A stretch of 64,000 nucleotides of DNA from an uncultured Acidobacteriota bacterium (GTDB taxonomy: Bacteria; Acidobacteriota; Vicinamibacteria; Vicinamibacterales; CAVVIG01). The notes beneath the pieces are model-generated. The model saw only the letters and a list, made by a program, of their open reading frames with translations, was not told where the DNA came from and searched no databases. The DNA is taken from the NCBI GenBank assembly GCA_963757655.1, contig CAVWSQ010000001.1:1970996-2034995 (forward strand), given 5' to 3'. The translations under genes and the position numbers were made by a program. How positions within the stretch are numbered: the stretch's first letter is position 1; every line of letters begins with the position of its first letter. Below, piece by piece: positions 18,246 to 27,379 of the stretch.

Positions 18246-18276
18246 GAAACCGCGGTCTGGCGATCTCCGCGGTTTC
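18246..18276 (-). terminator. 10-bp perfect hairpin after the LVIVD-protein gene
   Basis: GAAACCGCGG-(11 nt)-CCGCGGTTTC located 17 nt beyond the stop at 18293. The U-tract is weak on the minus strand. Confidence 0.4.
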
Positions 18277-18292
18277 TTCCGATTCTGATCTT

Positions 18293-20173
18293 CTATCGCA
18301 GCTTCGCGCTCCGGCCCTTGATCGTCGCCGCCAGCGACGTCAGGCGCATCGCGTCGTGCCCGCTCGCCGCGGCCGCGTCGCTGTCCAACTGCGCCGCCAC
18401 CGCGTCGAGCTGATCGAGCACCGCGGCGGCGCCACGCTCCTTGCCGGTCCTGAGGCCGTCGGCGCGGTCGATGGCGGCCTTCACCGCCCTGGCGCGCTCG
18501 GGCTGTATGGCCTTGCTGCGAGTGAGCTGATCCAGATACGCGCGCGCCACCGGCAGCGCCGCCGGCCAGACGATCTTCTGCTGCTCCTGCGTGTTGAGCT
18601 CGTCGTTGTGGATCATCAGCGCCGCGTCGAGCTCGTTCTGGGTGAGGTACTCACTCGGCGTCAGGCTGAAGATGTCGATGCCGCGCGCGATTTCGGAGCC
18701 GTAGATCTGGCCGTTGTACCAGTAGGCCGACCAGAAGCCGCCGAGCATGAGGTTCTTCGCGTCGATCGGCCCTCGATCGAAGAACGCGATTTCCACCGGC
18801 GTGGTCGAGTCGGTGAAGTCGAACACCGAGACGCCGCCCTGATACCAGGCCTGGACCATGATGTCGCGACCGGGCACCGGAATCAGCGAGCCGTTGTGCG
18901 CGACGCAGTTCTCCTGCTCGGTCTGTGGTGCCGGCATCTTGAAGTAGCCCTTGAACACCAGTTTCCGGTCGACGATGTCGAAGATCGCGTCGGCGCCCCA
19001 GTTGAGCAGATCGGTGGCGCGGCAGCGCGGCCGCGCGCCGCCGCCCCACTCGTCGGTGAAGATCACCTTGGTGCCGTCGTTGTTGAAGGTGGCCGAATGC
19101 CAGTAGGCGAAGTTCTTGTCCGACGCGACGTCGAGGCGTTTCGGATTCTTCGGATCGCTGATATCCAGCAGCAGGCCGTTACCGGAACAGGCGCCGGCCG
19201 CGAGGCCGACTTCCGGAAACACCGTGATGTCGTGGCACTGATTGGTCTCGCTCATCTTCTGCGTACCGGGACCGCTGTCGCCGCCTTTATTGAGCCCGGC
19301 AATCGCACCGGAGGCGGTATCGGCGAAGATGCGCGGCCGCGCGATGATCTTCGCGTTCTGCGGCGCGGCGATCGGCACCTGGATCACGTCGATGCTGAAG
19401 AGCGACGTATTGGGATCCTCGTCCGGCTTGAGACCCGAGCAGCCGGCGAGCTCGTCCCCCGACCGGACGCCGCTGGTGCCCGAGCCGTAGACGTAGAGAT
19501 TGGCCTTGTCGTTGGGGTCGGTGACGAGCGTGTGGGTATGCGATCCGCGGCAGGTCTGCACCGCGGCGACCTGTTTCGGCTTGTTCAGGTCGGTGATGTC
19601 GAAGATGCGGACGCCGCGAAAGCGCTCGGCGCTGACCGGGGTTTGAATACCCTGGGTGCCGCAATCCAGCCGTCCGCGGGTCTGCTCGACCGACATGAAC
19701 AGCAGGTTGCCGTGAATCGATACGTCGCCCTGCCCGCCGGGACACACGATCGACGCGGCCAGCTTGGGCTTGCTGGGCCGCTCGATATCGTAGGTGGTGA
19801 AGCCGTGAAAGCTGCCCATGAAAACATGGTTGCCCTGGAAGGCGAGGTCCGAATTCGCGAAGCCGAGCATGTTGGCCTGCGCGACCGCCGCCGGCGAGTT
19901 CGGATCGGGCCGCGGCTCCGGCGGCAGCTTCGGATCGCGCTCGGCCGGAATCGGCGTGCCAGCGGGATTGGCGGGATCGAAAAAGCCTTCCGGTTTCGGC
20001 AGGCTCGAGACCCGCTTCATGTTTCGCGCCGCCTCACCGGCGTCGCGCAGCCCCGCTTTGAGGCCCACCCTGGGGTCGTTCGGATCGGCCGGACGCTGCT
20101 GCGCGCCGCCTTCGAGAGCGGTGGCAATCATCACGACCGAGAGACAGAGGGCAAACGCGGCGGCGGACTTCAT
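18293..20173 (-). CDS. exported LVIVD-repeat/beta-propeller-like protein
   Basis: Track ORF 18293..20485. Start moved to ATG 20173 (MKSAAAFALCLSVVMIATALEGGAQ), which overlaps the upstream stop as ATGA. Strings VRIFDITDLNKPKQVAAVQTCRGSHTHTLV and ISDPKNPKRL are as I recall for LVIVD proteins. Confidence 0.7.
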   Translation of the reverse strand: MKSAAAFALCLSVVMIATALEGGAQQRPADPNDPRVGLKAGLRDAGEAARNMKRVSSLPKPEGFFDPANPAGTPIPAERDPKLPPEPRPDPNSPAAVAQANMLGFANSDLAFQGNHVFMGSFHGFTTYDIERPSKPKLAASIVCPGGQGDVSIHGNLLFMSVEQTRGRLDCGTQGIQTPVSAERFRGVRIFDITDLNKPKQVAAVQTCRGSHTHTLVTDPNDKANLYVYGSGTSGVRSGDELAGCSGLKPDEDPNTSLFSIDVIQVPIAAPQNAKIIARPRIFADTASGAIAGLNKGGDSGPGTQKMSETNQCHDITVFPEVGLAAGACSGNGLLLDISDPKNPKRLDVASDKNFAYWHSATFNNDGTKVIFTDEWGGGARPRCRATDLLNWGADAIFDIVDRKLVFKGYFKMPAPQTEQENCVAHNGSLIPVPGRDIMVQAWYQGGVSVFDFTDSTTPVEIAFFDRGPIDAKNLMLGGFWSAYWYNGQIYGSEIARGIDIFSLTPSEYLTQNELDAALMIHNDELNTQEQQKIVWPAALPVARAYLDQLTRSKAIQPERARAVKAAIDRADGLRTGKERGAAAVLDQLDAVAAQLDSDAAAASGHDAMRLTSLAATIKGRSAKLR

Positions 20174-20841
20174 TTCTGCAGCTCCTTGAGCAATGAACCC
20201 ATGCGGTCGATTTCCATGCGTTGATCGGCGTCCACGTCGGACGCGTACGAGAAGATCTCCGGCGTCTGGCCGGCGCCGTCGGTGGCAAACAGATCGTGCA
20301 CCATCGTGATGGCGCCGCCGTGGTGCTTGATCATGCCCTCGAGGAACAGCCGGTCGAACTCGTGGCCCTTGGCGGCGGCGAGCTGTGCCATCTCTTCTGC
20401 GGTCAGCATCCCCGGCATCAGCGCCGGGCCCATCATATGGTGGGCGCGAGGATCGGGAATCTGCTGGCCGCGGGCCAGCAGCCACTCCCGCATCATCTTC
20501 ATCTCGTCCTGCTGCGAGACGTCAATCCGCAGCGCCAGCTTGCGGAGATCGTCGGACGCCGTGCGCGATGGCACCAGCGCGACCATTTCCACCGCCTGCG
20601 CGTGGTGCCCAATCATGCCCTGCATGAACTTGATGTCGGCGCCGGTGTACTGAACCTGTGAGAGATCGCTGGCCTGCGCCGCGCCGATCACATGGCTCGG
20701 CTCGCCCGGTGCGCCGGGCTGCACGATGGGTGGCTGGGCGCTGACCGGGGCGGCGGAACGGCACGAGACGGCGGCGGCGGCGGTCACCAGGACGACGGCA
20801 ATCGGATATCGCACTCGCCATAGGATACACATCTCTGCCAC
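20170..20841 (-). CDS. DUF305 domain-containing protein
   Basis: 223-aa ORF. Duplicated FMQGMIGHHAQAVEM / FLEGMIKHHGGAITM motifs and QQDEMKMMREWL / DQRMEIDRM, characteristic of DUF305. Confidence 0.85.
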   Translation of the reverse strand: MAEMCILWRVRYPIAVVLVTAAAAVSCRSAAPVSAQPPIVQPGAPGEPSHVIGAAQASDLSQVQYTGADIKFMQGMIGHHAQAVEMVALVPSRTASDDLRKLALRIDVSQQDEMKMMREWLLARGQQIPDPRAHHMMGPALMPGMLTAEEMAQLAAAKGHEFDRLFLEGMIKHHGGAITMVHDLFATDGAGQTPEIFSYASDVDADQRMEIDRMGSLLKELQK

Positions 20842-20964
20842 AGAAAACCGTTGTGTCGTGGCGGCTCGAGGATGCGGCGCCCAGGGCCGCGCACGGTCGC
20901 GGTCAACAGTCCGTTCACGCCGAACAGTCGCCTGAAGGTGGCCACCACCGGTCAGTCAAATAGC

Positions 20965-20988
20965 GGTAGTGACCGGCTTTAGCCGGAC
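20965..20988 (+). repeat. dispersed REP-like element (GTAG + hairpin), same family as in the 12187-13335 array
   Basis: GGTAGTGACCGGCTTTAGCCGGAC versus the array consensus GGTAGTGTCCGGCTTCAGCCGGAC (22 of 24 identical). Lies in the gap between two minus-strand genes. Confidence 0.6.
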
Positions 20989-20997
20989 TTTGCTCCT

Positions 20998-21381
20998 CTA
21001 TCGCACCATCGTCTCCAGCAGGCGCTGCAGCGCCTTCTCCGGATCGTCGGTCCGTCCGGTGTGAACCGGGGACATCTGGATGATGGTGCTGCGCGGCGAC
21101 ACCAGCCAATGGAAGCGGCTGCGCTGCGGCAGGTCGCCGATCGGCCCCGCGCCGGCGCCGCCGCGGCAGACGCGCGGGATCATCTCGAGGTTGGCGCGGG
21201 TCGCTTCGACATCCACCGCTGGATCGATCGCGTGCAGCCGCGCCGCATCCAGATCGATGCGGGCCTCGAGGAAATCGACGGCAGGGCACGACAGGATGAC
21301 GCCGGCATTGATCAGTTCGCCGCGATCGACGCGCGGGACGATCCTGATGATCGCGTAGTCGTAGGTATGCTCAGCGGCCAT
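20998..21381 (-). CDS. DUF3037 domain-containing protein
   Basis: 127-aa ORF. YDYAIIRIVPRVDRGELINAGVIL and RFHWLVSPRSTIIQ match my recollection of DUF3037. Overlaps the upstream kinase-like gene by 11 nt. Confidence 0.75.
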   Translation of the reverse strand: MAAEHTYDYAIIRIVPRVDRGELINAGVILSCPAVDFLEARIDLDAARLHAIDPAVDVEATRANLEMIPRVCRGGAGAGPIGDLPQRSRFHWLVSPRSTIIQMSPVHTGRTDDPEKALQRLLETMVR

Positions 21382-22132
21382 GCGCGGCCTCTTCGACGAA
21401 CGCCCGCGGCGCGTCCAGCCGATCGATCAGATAGCGGCGGTAGGCATCGCGATGCGAGAGCGCGCCGTCGAGCCACGCATCAGGAATCAGCCCGACGATC
21501 CCGGCGATGATCTCAGCGGTCAGCCGAGCTGCCATCGCGGCGTCAACCTCGGCCAGCATGCCGGCCCGGCGCAGCAGCACGTTGTCCTTGATCAGCGGAA
21601 ACGGCGCGCGCGCCCGGTCGCGATCCTCGGCCCAGCCGTCGCTGTGGTGGAAGTACAGCGTCGCGCCGTGATCGATCAGCCAGAGCCGGCGGTGCCACAT
21701 CAGCATGTTGGTGTTGCGCACGCTCCGATCGACATTGGTCACGTAGGCGTCGAACCAGACGATGCACGAGGCCAGCTCCGAGGAGACCGGCTCGACGACC
21801 GGATCGAACATGACCGACGATGGCAGGTAATCGAGGGCGAGGTTCAAGCCGGCGCTGTCGCGGATGAGGGCGTAGATCTCCGGATCGGGCTCGGTCCTCG
21901 CCAGATCCGGATCGAGCTCGGCGAACACCAGTTCCGGCACCGCCAATCCCAGCGCCCGGGCAATTTCCCCCGACACCAGTTCGGCGATCAGCGCGCGGGC
22001 GCCCTGCCCGGCGCCGCGGAACTTCAGCACGTAGAGGCCGTCGTCGTCGGCTTCGACGATCGCCGGCAGCGAGCCGCCTTCGCGCAACGGCGTGACGTAG
22101 CGCGTGACGCGCACGGTTCTCACGGCGGCCAT
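21371..22132 (-). CDS. HipA-like kinase family protein (partner of DUF3037)
   Basis: Track ORF 21371..22156. Start preferred at ATG 22132 (MAAVRTVRVTRYVTPLREGGSLPAIVEADDDGLYVLKFRGAGQG), because the codons upstream belong to the intergenic octamer repeats. WLIDHGATLYFHH looks like a catalytic-loop region. Alternative starts at 22153 and 22156. Confidence 0.7.
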   Translation of the reverse strand: MAAVRTVRVTRYVTPLREGGSLPAIVEADDDGLYVLKFRGAGQGARALIAELVSGEIARALGLAVPELVFAELDPDLARTEPDPEIYALIRDSAGLNLALDYLPSSVMFDPVVEPVSSELASCIVWFDAYVTNVDRSVRNTNMLMWHRRLWLIDHGATLYFHHSDGWAEDRDRARAPFPLIKDNVLLRRAGMLAEVDAAMAARLTAEIIAGIVGLIPDAWLDGALSHRDAYRRYLIDRLDAPRAFVEEAAHGR

Positions 22133-22299
22133 AGGATAGCTTACGAGGATCATCAAAATTTGAGGATTTGAGGATTTGAGGATCTGGTTTGAGGATCTAT
22201 TTGAGGAGCCGACGCGGCCACGCGTCGCCGCGCGCTCCAGATCCGCGCGCTCCAGATCCTCAGATATATCCTAAAATCCTTAGATCCTCAGATCCTCAA
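22133..22299. promoter_or_regulatory. divergent promoter region filled with dyad-symmetric GAGGAT / ATCCTC octamer repeats and a GATC cluster
   Basis: TTTGAGGAT at 22159, 22167, 22175, 22188 and 22200, plus GAGGAT at 22145. ATCCT(C/A/T)A at 22256, 22268, 22276, 22284 and 22292. Central palindrome GACGCG-GCCA-CGCGTC at 22211-22226. 15-bp tandem duplication at 22230-22259. Six GATC sites. Confidence 0.6.
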
Positions 22300-23574
22300 A
22301 TGCTCAAACCTTCTCTCACCCCCCACGACTACCGTACTCTTGCGCTGGCCGCTCTGGGCGGTGCGCTCGAGTTCTACGACTTCGTCATCTACGTCTTCCT
22401 CGCGCCGGTCATCGGTCGCCTCTTCTTTCCCGCCGACACACCGGACTGGCTGCGCCTGCTGCAGACGTTCGGGATCTTCTCGGCCGGCTACCTGGCGCGG
22501 CCGCTCGGCGGCATCGTGATCGCGCATTTCGGCGATCGGCTCGGCCGCAAGCGGATGTTCGCACTGAGCATCTTTCTGATGGCGGCGCCCACTCTGGCGA
22601 TCGGCCTGCTGCCGGTCTACGCCAAGGCCGGCGTGGCCGCGCCGCTGCTTCTGCTGTTAATGCGGATTCTGCAAGGCGTGGCGATCGGCGGCGAGGTGCC
22701 GGGCGCGTGGGTGTTCGTCGCCGAGCACGTGCCCGAAGAGCGTCTCGGCTTCGGCATCGGCACGCTCACAGCGGGGCTGACCGTCGGCATCCTGTTTGGC
22801 TCGCTGCTGGCTGGAGCGATCAACACGATCTACGGGCCGGCCGACGTGGCGCGCTTCGCCTGGCGCATCCCCTTCGTTGTCGGCGGCCTGTTCGGCTTCG
22901 TCTCGGTCTACCTGCGGCGTTTTCTCGAGGAGACACCGGTCTTCCAGGAGATGAAGGCCCGCCGTTCGCTCGCCCGGGAGTTCCCGATCAAGACCGTGCT
23001 TCGTGCCCATCTCGGTGAAACGGTGCTGGCGCTCGCCCTCACCTGGGTGCTGACGGCCGCGATCGTTGTCGTGATCCTCTTTACGCCGGCCTATTTGCAA
23101 CAGATCCATCACGTGCCTGCGCCGCTCGCGCTCCGCGCCAACAGCGTGGCGACGTTCACCTTTGCGCTCGGCTGCCTGTTCTTCGGCTGGGCCAACGACC
23201 GGTTCGGCACGCGGGTGTCGATGATCGCAGGCTTCGGCGGACTTCTGGTCAGCAGCTATCAGTTCTACGCGGGTCTTCCCGGCACGCCGAACGCGCTCCT
23301 GCTGACCTACAGCATCGCCGGGTTCTTCGTCGGCGCGGCGACCATGGTCCCGATTGTCGCCGTGCGACTGTTTCCCGCGCCGGTCCGCTTCTCCGGACTC
23401 TCCTTTTCCTACAACGTGTCGTACGCCATTTTCGGCGGGCTGACACCGATCGTCCTCACGGTGTGGCTGCGCACCAACACCCTGGCTCCGGCGTACTACG
23501 TCGGCGGCCTGGCGATTCTGGGTGTGGTACTGGCGCTGCCCAAGCCGGTGTCCCGCCAATTGCGCCAGTCGTAG
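22300..23574 (+). CDS. MFS transporter (metabolite:H+ symporter, ProP-like)
   Basis: Track ORF 22189..23574. Start moved to ATG 22300 (MLKPSLTPHDYRTLALAALGGALEFYDFVIYVF), the family-typical N-terminus. 12 hydrophobic segments and a GDRLGRKRMF loop motif. Confidence 0.9.
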   Translation: MLKPSLTPHDYRTLALAALGGALEFYDFVIYVFLAPVIGRLFFPADTPDWLRLLQTFGIFSAGYLARPLGGIVIAHFGDRLGRKRMFALSIFLMAAPTLAIGLLPVYAKAGVAAPLLLLLMRILQGVAIGGEVPGAWVFVAEHVPEERLGFGIGTLTAGLTVGILFGSLLAGAINTIYGPADVARFAWRIPFVVGGLFGFVSVYLRRFLEETPVFQEMKARRSLAREFPIKTVLRAHLGETVLALALTWVLTAAIVVVILFTPAYLQQIHHVPAPLALRANSVATFTFALGCLFFGWANDRFGTRVSMIAGFGGLLVSSYQFYAGLPGTPNALLLTYSIAGFFVGAATMVPIVAVRLFPAPVRFSGLSFSYNVSYAIFGGLTPIVLTVWLRTNTLAPAYYVGGLAILGVVLALPKPVSRQLRQS

Positions 23575-23654
23575 TCCGGGCGTTCCGATCGAGCCCCGGC
23601 CGTTCATGCAGATTCCTACAAGACCGCTACGCCGTTTTCTGCGACACTCTTGCC

Positions 23655-25472
23655 GTGTTCCGAAGGATCACCGGGAGCAAGGAATGGATCTTCTTCAGCG
23701 TCCTGCCGAAGGCGGACCGGGGACTCGCCCTCGGCTGGTGGACCGCGCTGATCCTGCGCGGCGTGCTGCCCGCCTTGTTCGCGATCGCGACCGGATCGCT
23801 GGTCGGCGCCGTCCAGCACGGCGACAGCCTGACTCTGCCGCTGACGCTGGTCGGCGGGATCTTCGTACTGCTGCAGATTCTCACGCCGATTCACCTGGCC
23901 TCGAGCTCCAACCTCGGCGATCGCACAGCGGCGTGGCTGTACGACCGGCTCACCGCGGCCTGCGTCGGGCCGCCGGGAATGGGTCACCTCGAGGATCCGA
24001 AGCTGACGAGCGACCTGACCGTGGCGCGCGATTTCGATCTCGGCATGACTGGCCCGCCGCTGTCCTTCTCGATGGACTTCATCGCCAGCGGCATGGTCGA
24101 GATGATCGGCGGCCTGTCGGCAGCCGCGGTGCTGTTCGCCTACACGTGGTGGGCGCCGCTGCTGCTGGCCGGTGCGTGGCTGTCGACGCAGTGGCTGCTG
24201 CGTGAGAGCGGCGTTTGGTGGGATCGCAACACGCCGGAGGTTCGCGCCGCTCAACGCGATGCCGACTACACCTATCGCCTCGCGGTCGACCCAAGTCCGG
24301 CTAAGGAACTGCGGCTGTTTGGCCTGGTCGGCTGGACCATCGAGCGCTTCGTCGCGCGGCGCACGCGGCTGCACGCGCTGCAGTACGACGCGACGCGGCT
24401 CCGCGAGAAGCCGATGGCGTGGAGCCTGCTGGTCGTGCTCGGCGCCAATCTGCTGATCTTCTGGTCGCTAGCGGCTGCGGCGGCCAGCGGTGCTATCTCC
24501 CTCGCAGCGGTCGTGGTCTTCGCGCAGGCCGCCGTGGGCGTGTCGCTGCTGGCGTTCGGCGGGTTCAGCTGGGCGCTCGACGGAGCCGCGGCGCCGGTTG
24601 CCGCGGTGATGCGGCTGGAAAGCGCGATGGCGGGCCCGGGCGCGCTCGCTCCGGCGCCCGCGCGCTCGGAGCGAACGCAGGCGGCGGCCGGGCTGCCCGC
24701 GCGTGAGATCCGCTTCCGCGACGTCACGTTTGCCTATCCGGGCGGCGCCTCCGTGCTCGAGCATTTCGATCTCACCATCGCGGCCGGCTCATCGATCGCC
24801 ATCGTCGGGCAGAACGGCGCCGGCAAGACCACGCTCGCGAAGCTGCTGTGCCGTCTCTACGACCCGCAAGGCGGCGCGATCGAGGTGGACGGCGTCGACC
24901 TTCGATCGATCGAGGTCGCGGCATGGCGCGCACGCGTCACGGCGGTGTTTCAGGATTTCATCCGGCTCGAGCTTCCGTTGCGCGACAACGTCGCGCCCCT
25001 GGGCGCGTCCGATGATGTCGTGCGGGCCGCGCTCGAATCGGCTGGCGCCGCCGGCCTCGCGGACCTCGGTACGATCCTCGCGCGCGGCTATGCCGGCGGC
25101 ACCGATTTATCCGGCGGCCAGTGGCAGCGGGTGGCGCTCGCGCGGACGCTGGCCGCGGTGGGGCTCGGAGCCGCCGTCGTGCTGCTGGACGAACCGACCG
25201 CCCAGCTCGACGTGCGCGGCGAAGCGGAAATCTTCGAGCGCATTCTCGCCGCGACGCGCCAGTGCACGACGATCCTCATCTCGCACCGCTTTTCGACCGT
25301 GCGCCAGGCCGATCGCATCTGCGTGCTCGAGAACGGCCGCGTCGTGGAGCTCGGCACCCACGATGAGCTGATGGCGCTCGGCGGACGGTATCAGACGATG
25401 TTCGACCTGCAGGCGCAGCGGTTCAACGCGGCCGAGGACGAGGAAGGCCAGCAGTATGACGTCCTCGCCTGA
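23655..25472 (+). CDS. ABC transporter, fused permease/ATP-binding subunit (exporter type)
   Basis: Track ORF 23463..25472. The only in-frame start after the MFS stop is GTG 23655. Walker A GQNGAGKTT, signature LSGGQWQR, Walker B VVLLDEPT. Confidence 0.85.
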   Translation: MFRRITGSKEWIFFSVLPKADRGLALGWWTALILRGVLPALFAIATGSLVGAVQHGDSLTLPLTLVGGIFVLLQILTPIHLASSSNLGDRTAAWLYDRLTAACVGPPGMGHLEDPKLTSDLTVARDFDLGMTGPPLSFSMDFIASGMVEMIGGLSAAAVLFAYTWWAPLLLAGAWLSTQWLLRESGVWWDRNTPEVRAAQRDADYTYRLAVDPSPAKELRLFGLVGWTIERFVARRTRLHALQYDATRLREKPMAWSLLVVLGANLLIFWSLAAAAASGAISLAAVVVFAQAAVGVSLLAFGGFSWALDGAAAPVAAVMRLESAMAGPGALAPAPARSERTQAAAGLPAREIRFRDVTFAYPGGASVLEHFDLTIAAGSSIAIVGQNGAGKTTLAKLLCRLYDPQGGAIEVDGVDLRSIEVAAWRARVTAVFQDFIRLELPLRDNVAPLGASDDVVRAALESAGAAGLADLGTILARGYAGGTDLSGGQWQRVALARTLAAVGLGAAVVLLDEPTAQLDVRGEAEIFERILAATRQCTTILISHRFSTVRQADRICVLENGRVVELGTHDELMALGGRYQTMFDLQAQRFNAAEDEEGQQYDVLA

Positions 25473-27261
25473 GCAGCCGATCGACCCGCTGCCGCCGGCG
25501 CTGGCGTCGATGTGGCGCCTGTGCCGGCTCGGTTATCAGCACGAGCCAGGGCTCATGCTGGTCGCCTTCGTGCTGTCGCTGCTATCTGCCCTGCCCGATG
25601 CGCTGATCGCGGTGTGGCTCAAGCTGCTCGGCGATGGCGTGATGGGGCACCGGCCGCGCCTGGTGCTCGCCGCGGCCATCGGCCTGGCCGTGTCGGCGAC
25701 CGCCACCTGGTTCCTCCGCACCGTGAGCACCCGCGTGACGCGGCGATTCCGCGACAAGATCACGATCGCGCTCGAATCGCACATCGCGCGGCTGCTGGCC
25801 TCGATCGCAACCATCGCGCACCACGAGCGTCCCGACTACCTCGACCGGCTCTCGACGCTGCGCGACCAGGTCTTCGTGCTCGACCACATGTACATGTCGG
25901 TGTTCTCAACCGCGGGATGGATTCTCCGGCTCGCCGTGACCATCGCGCTGCTGGCGTCGATCCATCCGGCGCTCACGTTGCTCGCCGCGTTCGCGCTGCC
26001 GACAGTGCTCACCTCGGCCTGGCGGCCGGGCGTGGAACGCGCGGCTCAGGAAGCCGGGGCGCCGTCATCCCGCCTCGCCCGTCATCTCTTTACACTGGCA
26101 ACCACGGCGCCGGCGGGAAAGGAAGTCCGCGTGCTGGGCATCGGCCCCCGGCTGATGAAGGAGCGGCGCCAGGCGTGGGAACGGTGGTACGGCCCGATGG
26201 CCGCGGCGCGCTGGGGATCGGCGGCGTGGCACACGCTGGCGTGGGCGATCTTCGGCGGCGCGTACGTCGGCGCGGTGGTGTTCGTCGCCATGCGCGGCAG
26301 TTCGACGCCGGGCGACGTGCTGCTGGTGCTGGCGGCCGGATCGCGGCTGTCCGCATACGTAGGCGCCACCGTCGGCGAGATTGGGTTCCTGCGCGGAGTG
26401 TGGATGCACGGATCGCAGCGCCTGGCCTGGCTCGAAGACTACGCCGCATCGCTCATCGCCACGGCCGATCGCGAGGTTCCGGCGGCCGTGCGCCAAGGCA
26501 TCCGCCTCGATCATGTCTCGTTCAGCTATCCGGGCACCTCGCGCGTGGTCCTGGACGATGTCTCGCTGACCCTCCCGGCCGCCGGAGTGGTGGCCATCGT
26601 CGGGGAGAACGGCGCCGGGAAGACGACCCTCGTGAAACTGCTCGCCAAGATGTATGAGCCGACGCAGGGGGCGATCTTCGTGGACGATGTGCCGCTGGCG
26701 CGGATGTCGGCCGACGCCTGGCGGGCGCGGCTGGCCGGCGCCTTCCAGGATTTCTTCCGGTTCGAGTTCATCGCGCGCCACAGCGTCGGTCTGGGCGACG
26801 TCCCGCGCATGGACGACGAGGCGGCGGTGATCGGCGCGGTCGGCCGCGCCGGCGCCGACGACGTGGTACAGCGGATGCCGCATGCACTCGCGACGCAACT
26901 CGGCCAAACCTGGCCGGGCGGCATCGATCTGTCGTTCGGCCAATGGCAGAAGCTGGCGCTGGCACGCGGCTTCATGCGCGACCGCCCGCTGCTGCTGGTG
27001 CTCGACGAACCGACCGCGGCGCTCGACGCCGAGACCGAGCACGCGCTGTTCGAGCGCTTCGCTCAGGCGGCGCGGAGCGAGCGCAACGACGGCCGCATCA
27101 CGATTCTGGTGTCGCACCGGTTCTCGACGGTGCGGATGGCCGAACTGATCGTCGTCCTCGACGGCGCGAAGGTCGTCGAGACCGGCAGCCATGAGGAACT
27201 GATGACGAAGGGTGGGCAGTATTCGCAGCTGTACGGGATTCAAGCGGCGGCGTACCGGTAG
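25456..27261 (+). CDS. ABC transporter, fused permease/ATP-binding subunit (likely heterodimer partner)
   Basis: 601-aa ORF overlapping the previous gene by 17 nt. Walker A GENGAGKTT, signature FGQWQK, Walker B LLVLDEPT. Confidence 0.9.
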   Translation: MTSSPEQPIDPLPPALASMWRLCRLGYQHEPGLMLVAFVLSLLSALPDALIAVWLKLLGDGVMGHRPRLVLAAAIGLAVSATATWFLRTVSTRVTRRFRDKITIALESHIARLLASIATIAHHERPDYLDRLSTLRDQVFVLDHMYMSVFSTAGWILRLAVTIALLASIHPALTLLAAFALPTVLTSAWRPGVERAAQEAGAPSSRLARHLFTLATTAPAGKEVRVLGIGPRLMKERRQAWERWYGPMAAARWGSAAWHTLAWAIFGGAYVGAVVFVAMRGSSTPGDVLLVLAAGSRLSAYVGATVGEIGFLRGVWMHGSQRLAWLEDYAASLIATADREVPAAVRQGIRLDHVSFSYPGTSRVVLDDVSLTLPAAGVVAIVGENGAGKTTLVKLLAKMYEPTQGAIFVDDVPLARMSADAWRARLAGAFQDFFRFEFIARHSVGLGDVPRMDDEAAVIGAVGRAGADDVVQRMPHALATQLGQTWPGGIDLSFGQWQKLALARGFMRDRPLLLVLDEPTAALDAETEHALFERFAQAARSERNDGRITILVSHRFSTVRMAELIVVLDGAKVVETGSHEELMTKGGQYSQLYGIQAAAYR

Positions 27262-27379
27262 AGCTGGGGATTGGCGACATGGGACGCGGGACAGAGAGCC
27301 CTCGGCACCGCGCGGTCGCCTGCTTTGGGTCCGCTCACGATTCTTGCTTCAGCTGCAGCCGTCGCGGTGAACCGATCCC

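Noticed and set aside
22133-22299. Chromosomal or plasmid replication origin (iterons plus GATC cluster)
   Set aside because: No DnaA-box-like TTATCCACA sequences, no AT-rich unwinding element of adequate length, and no dnaA, dnaN or rep genes nearby. A regulatory or structural role in the divergent promoter region is more economical.
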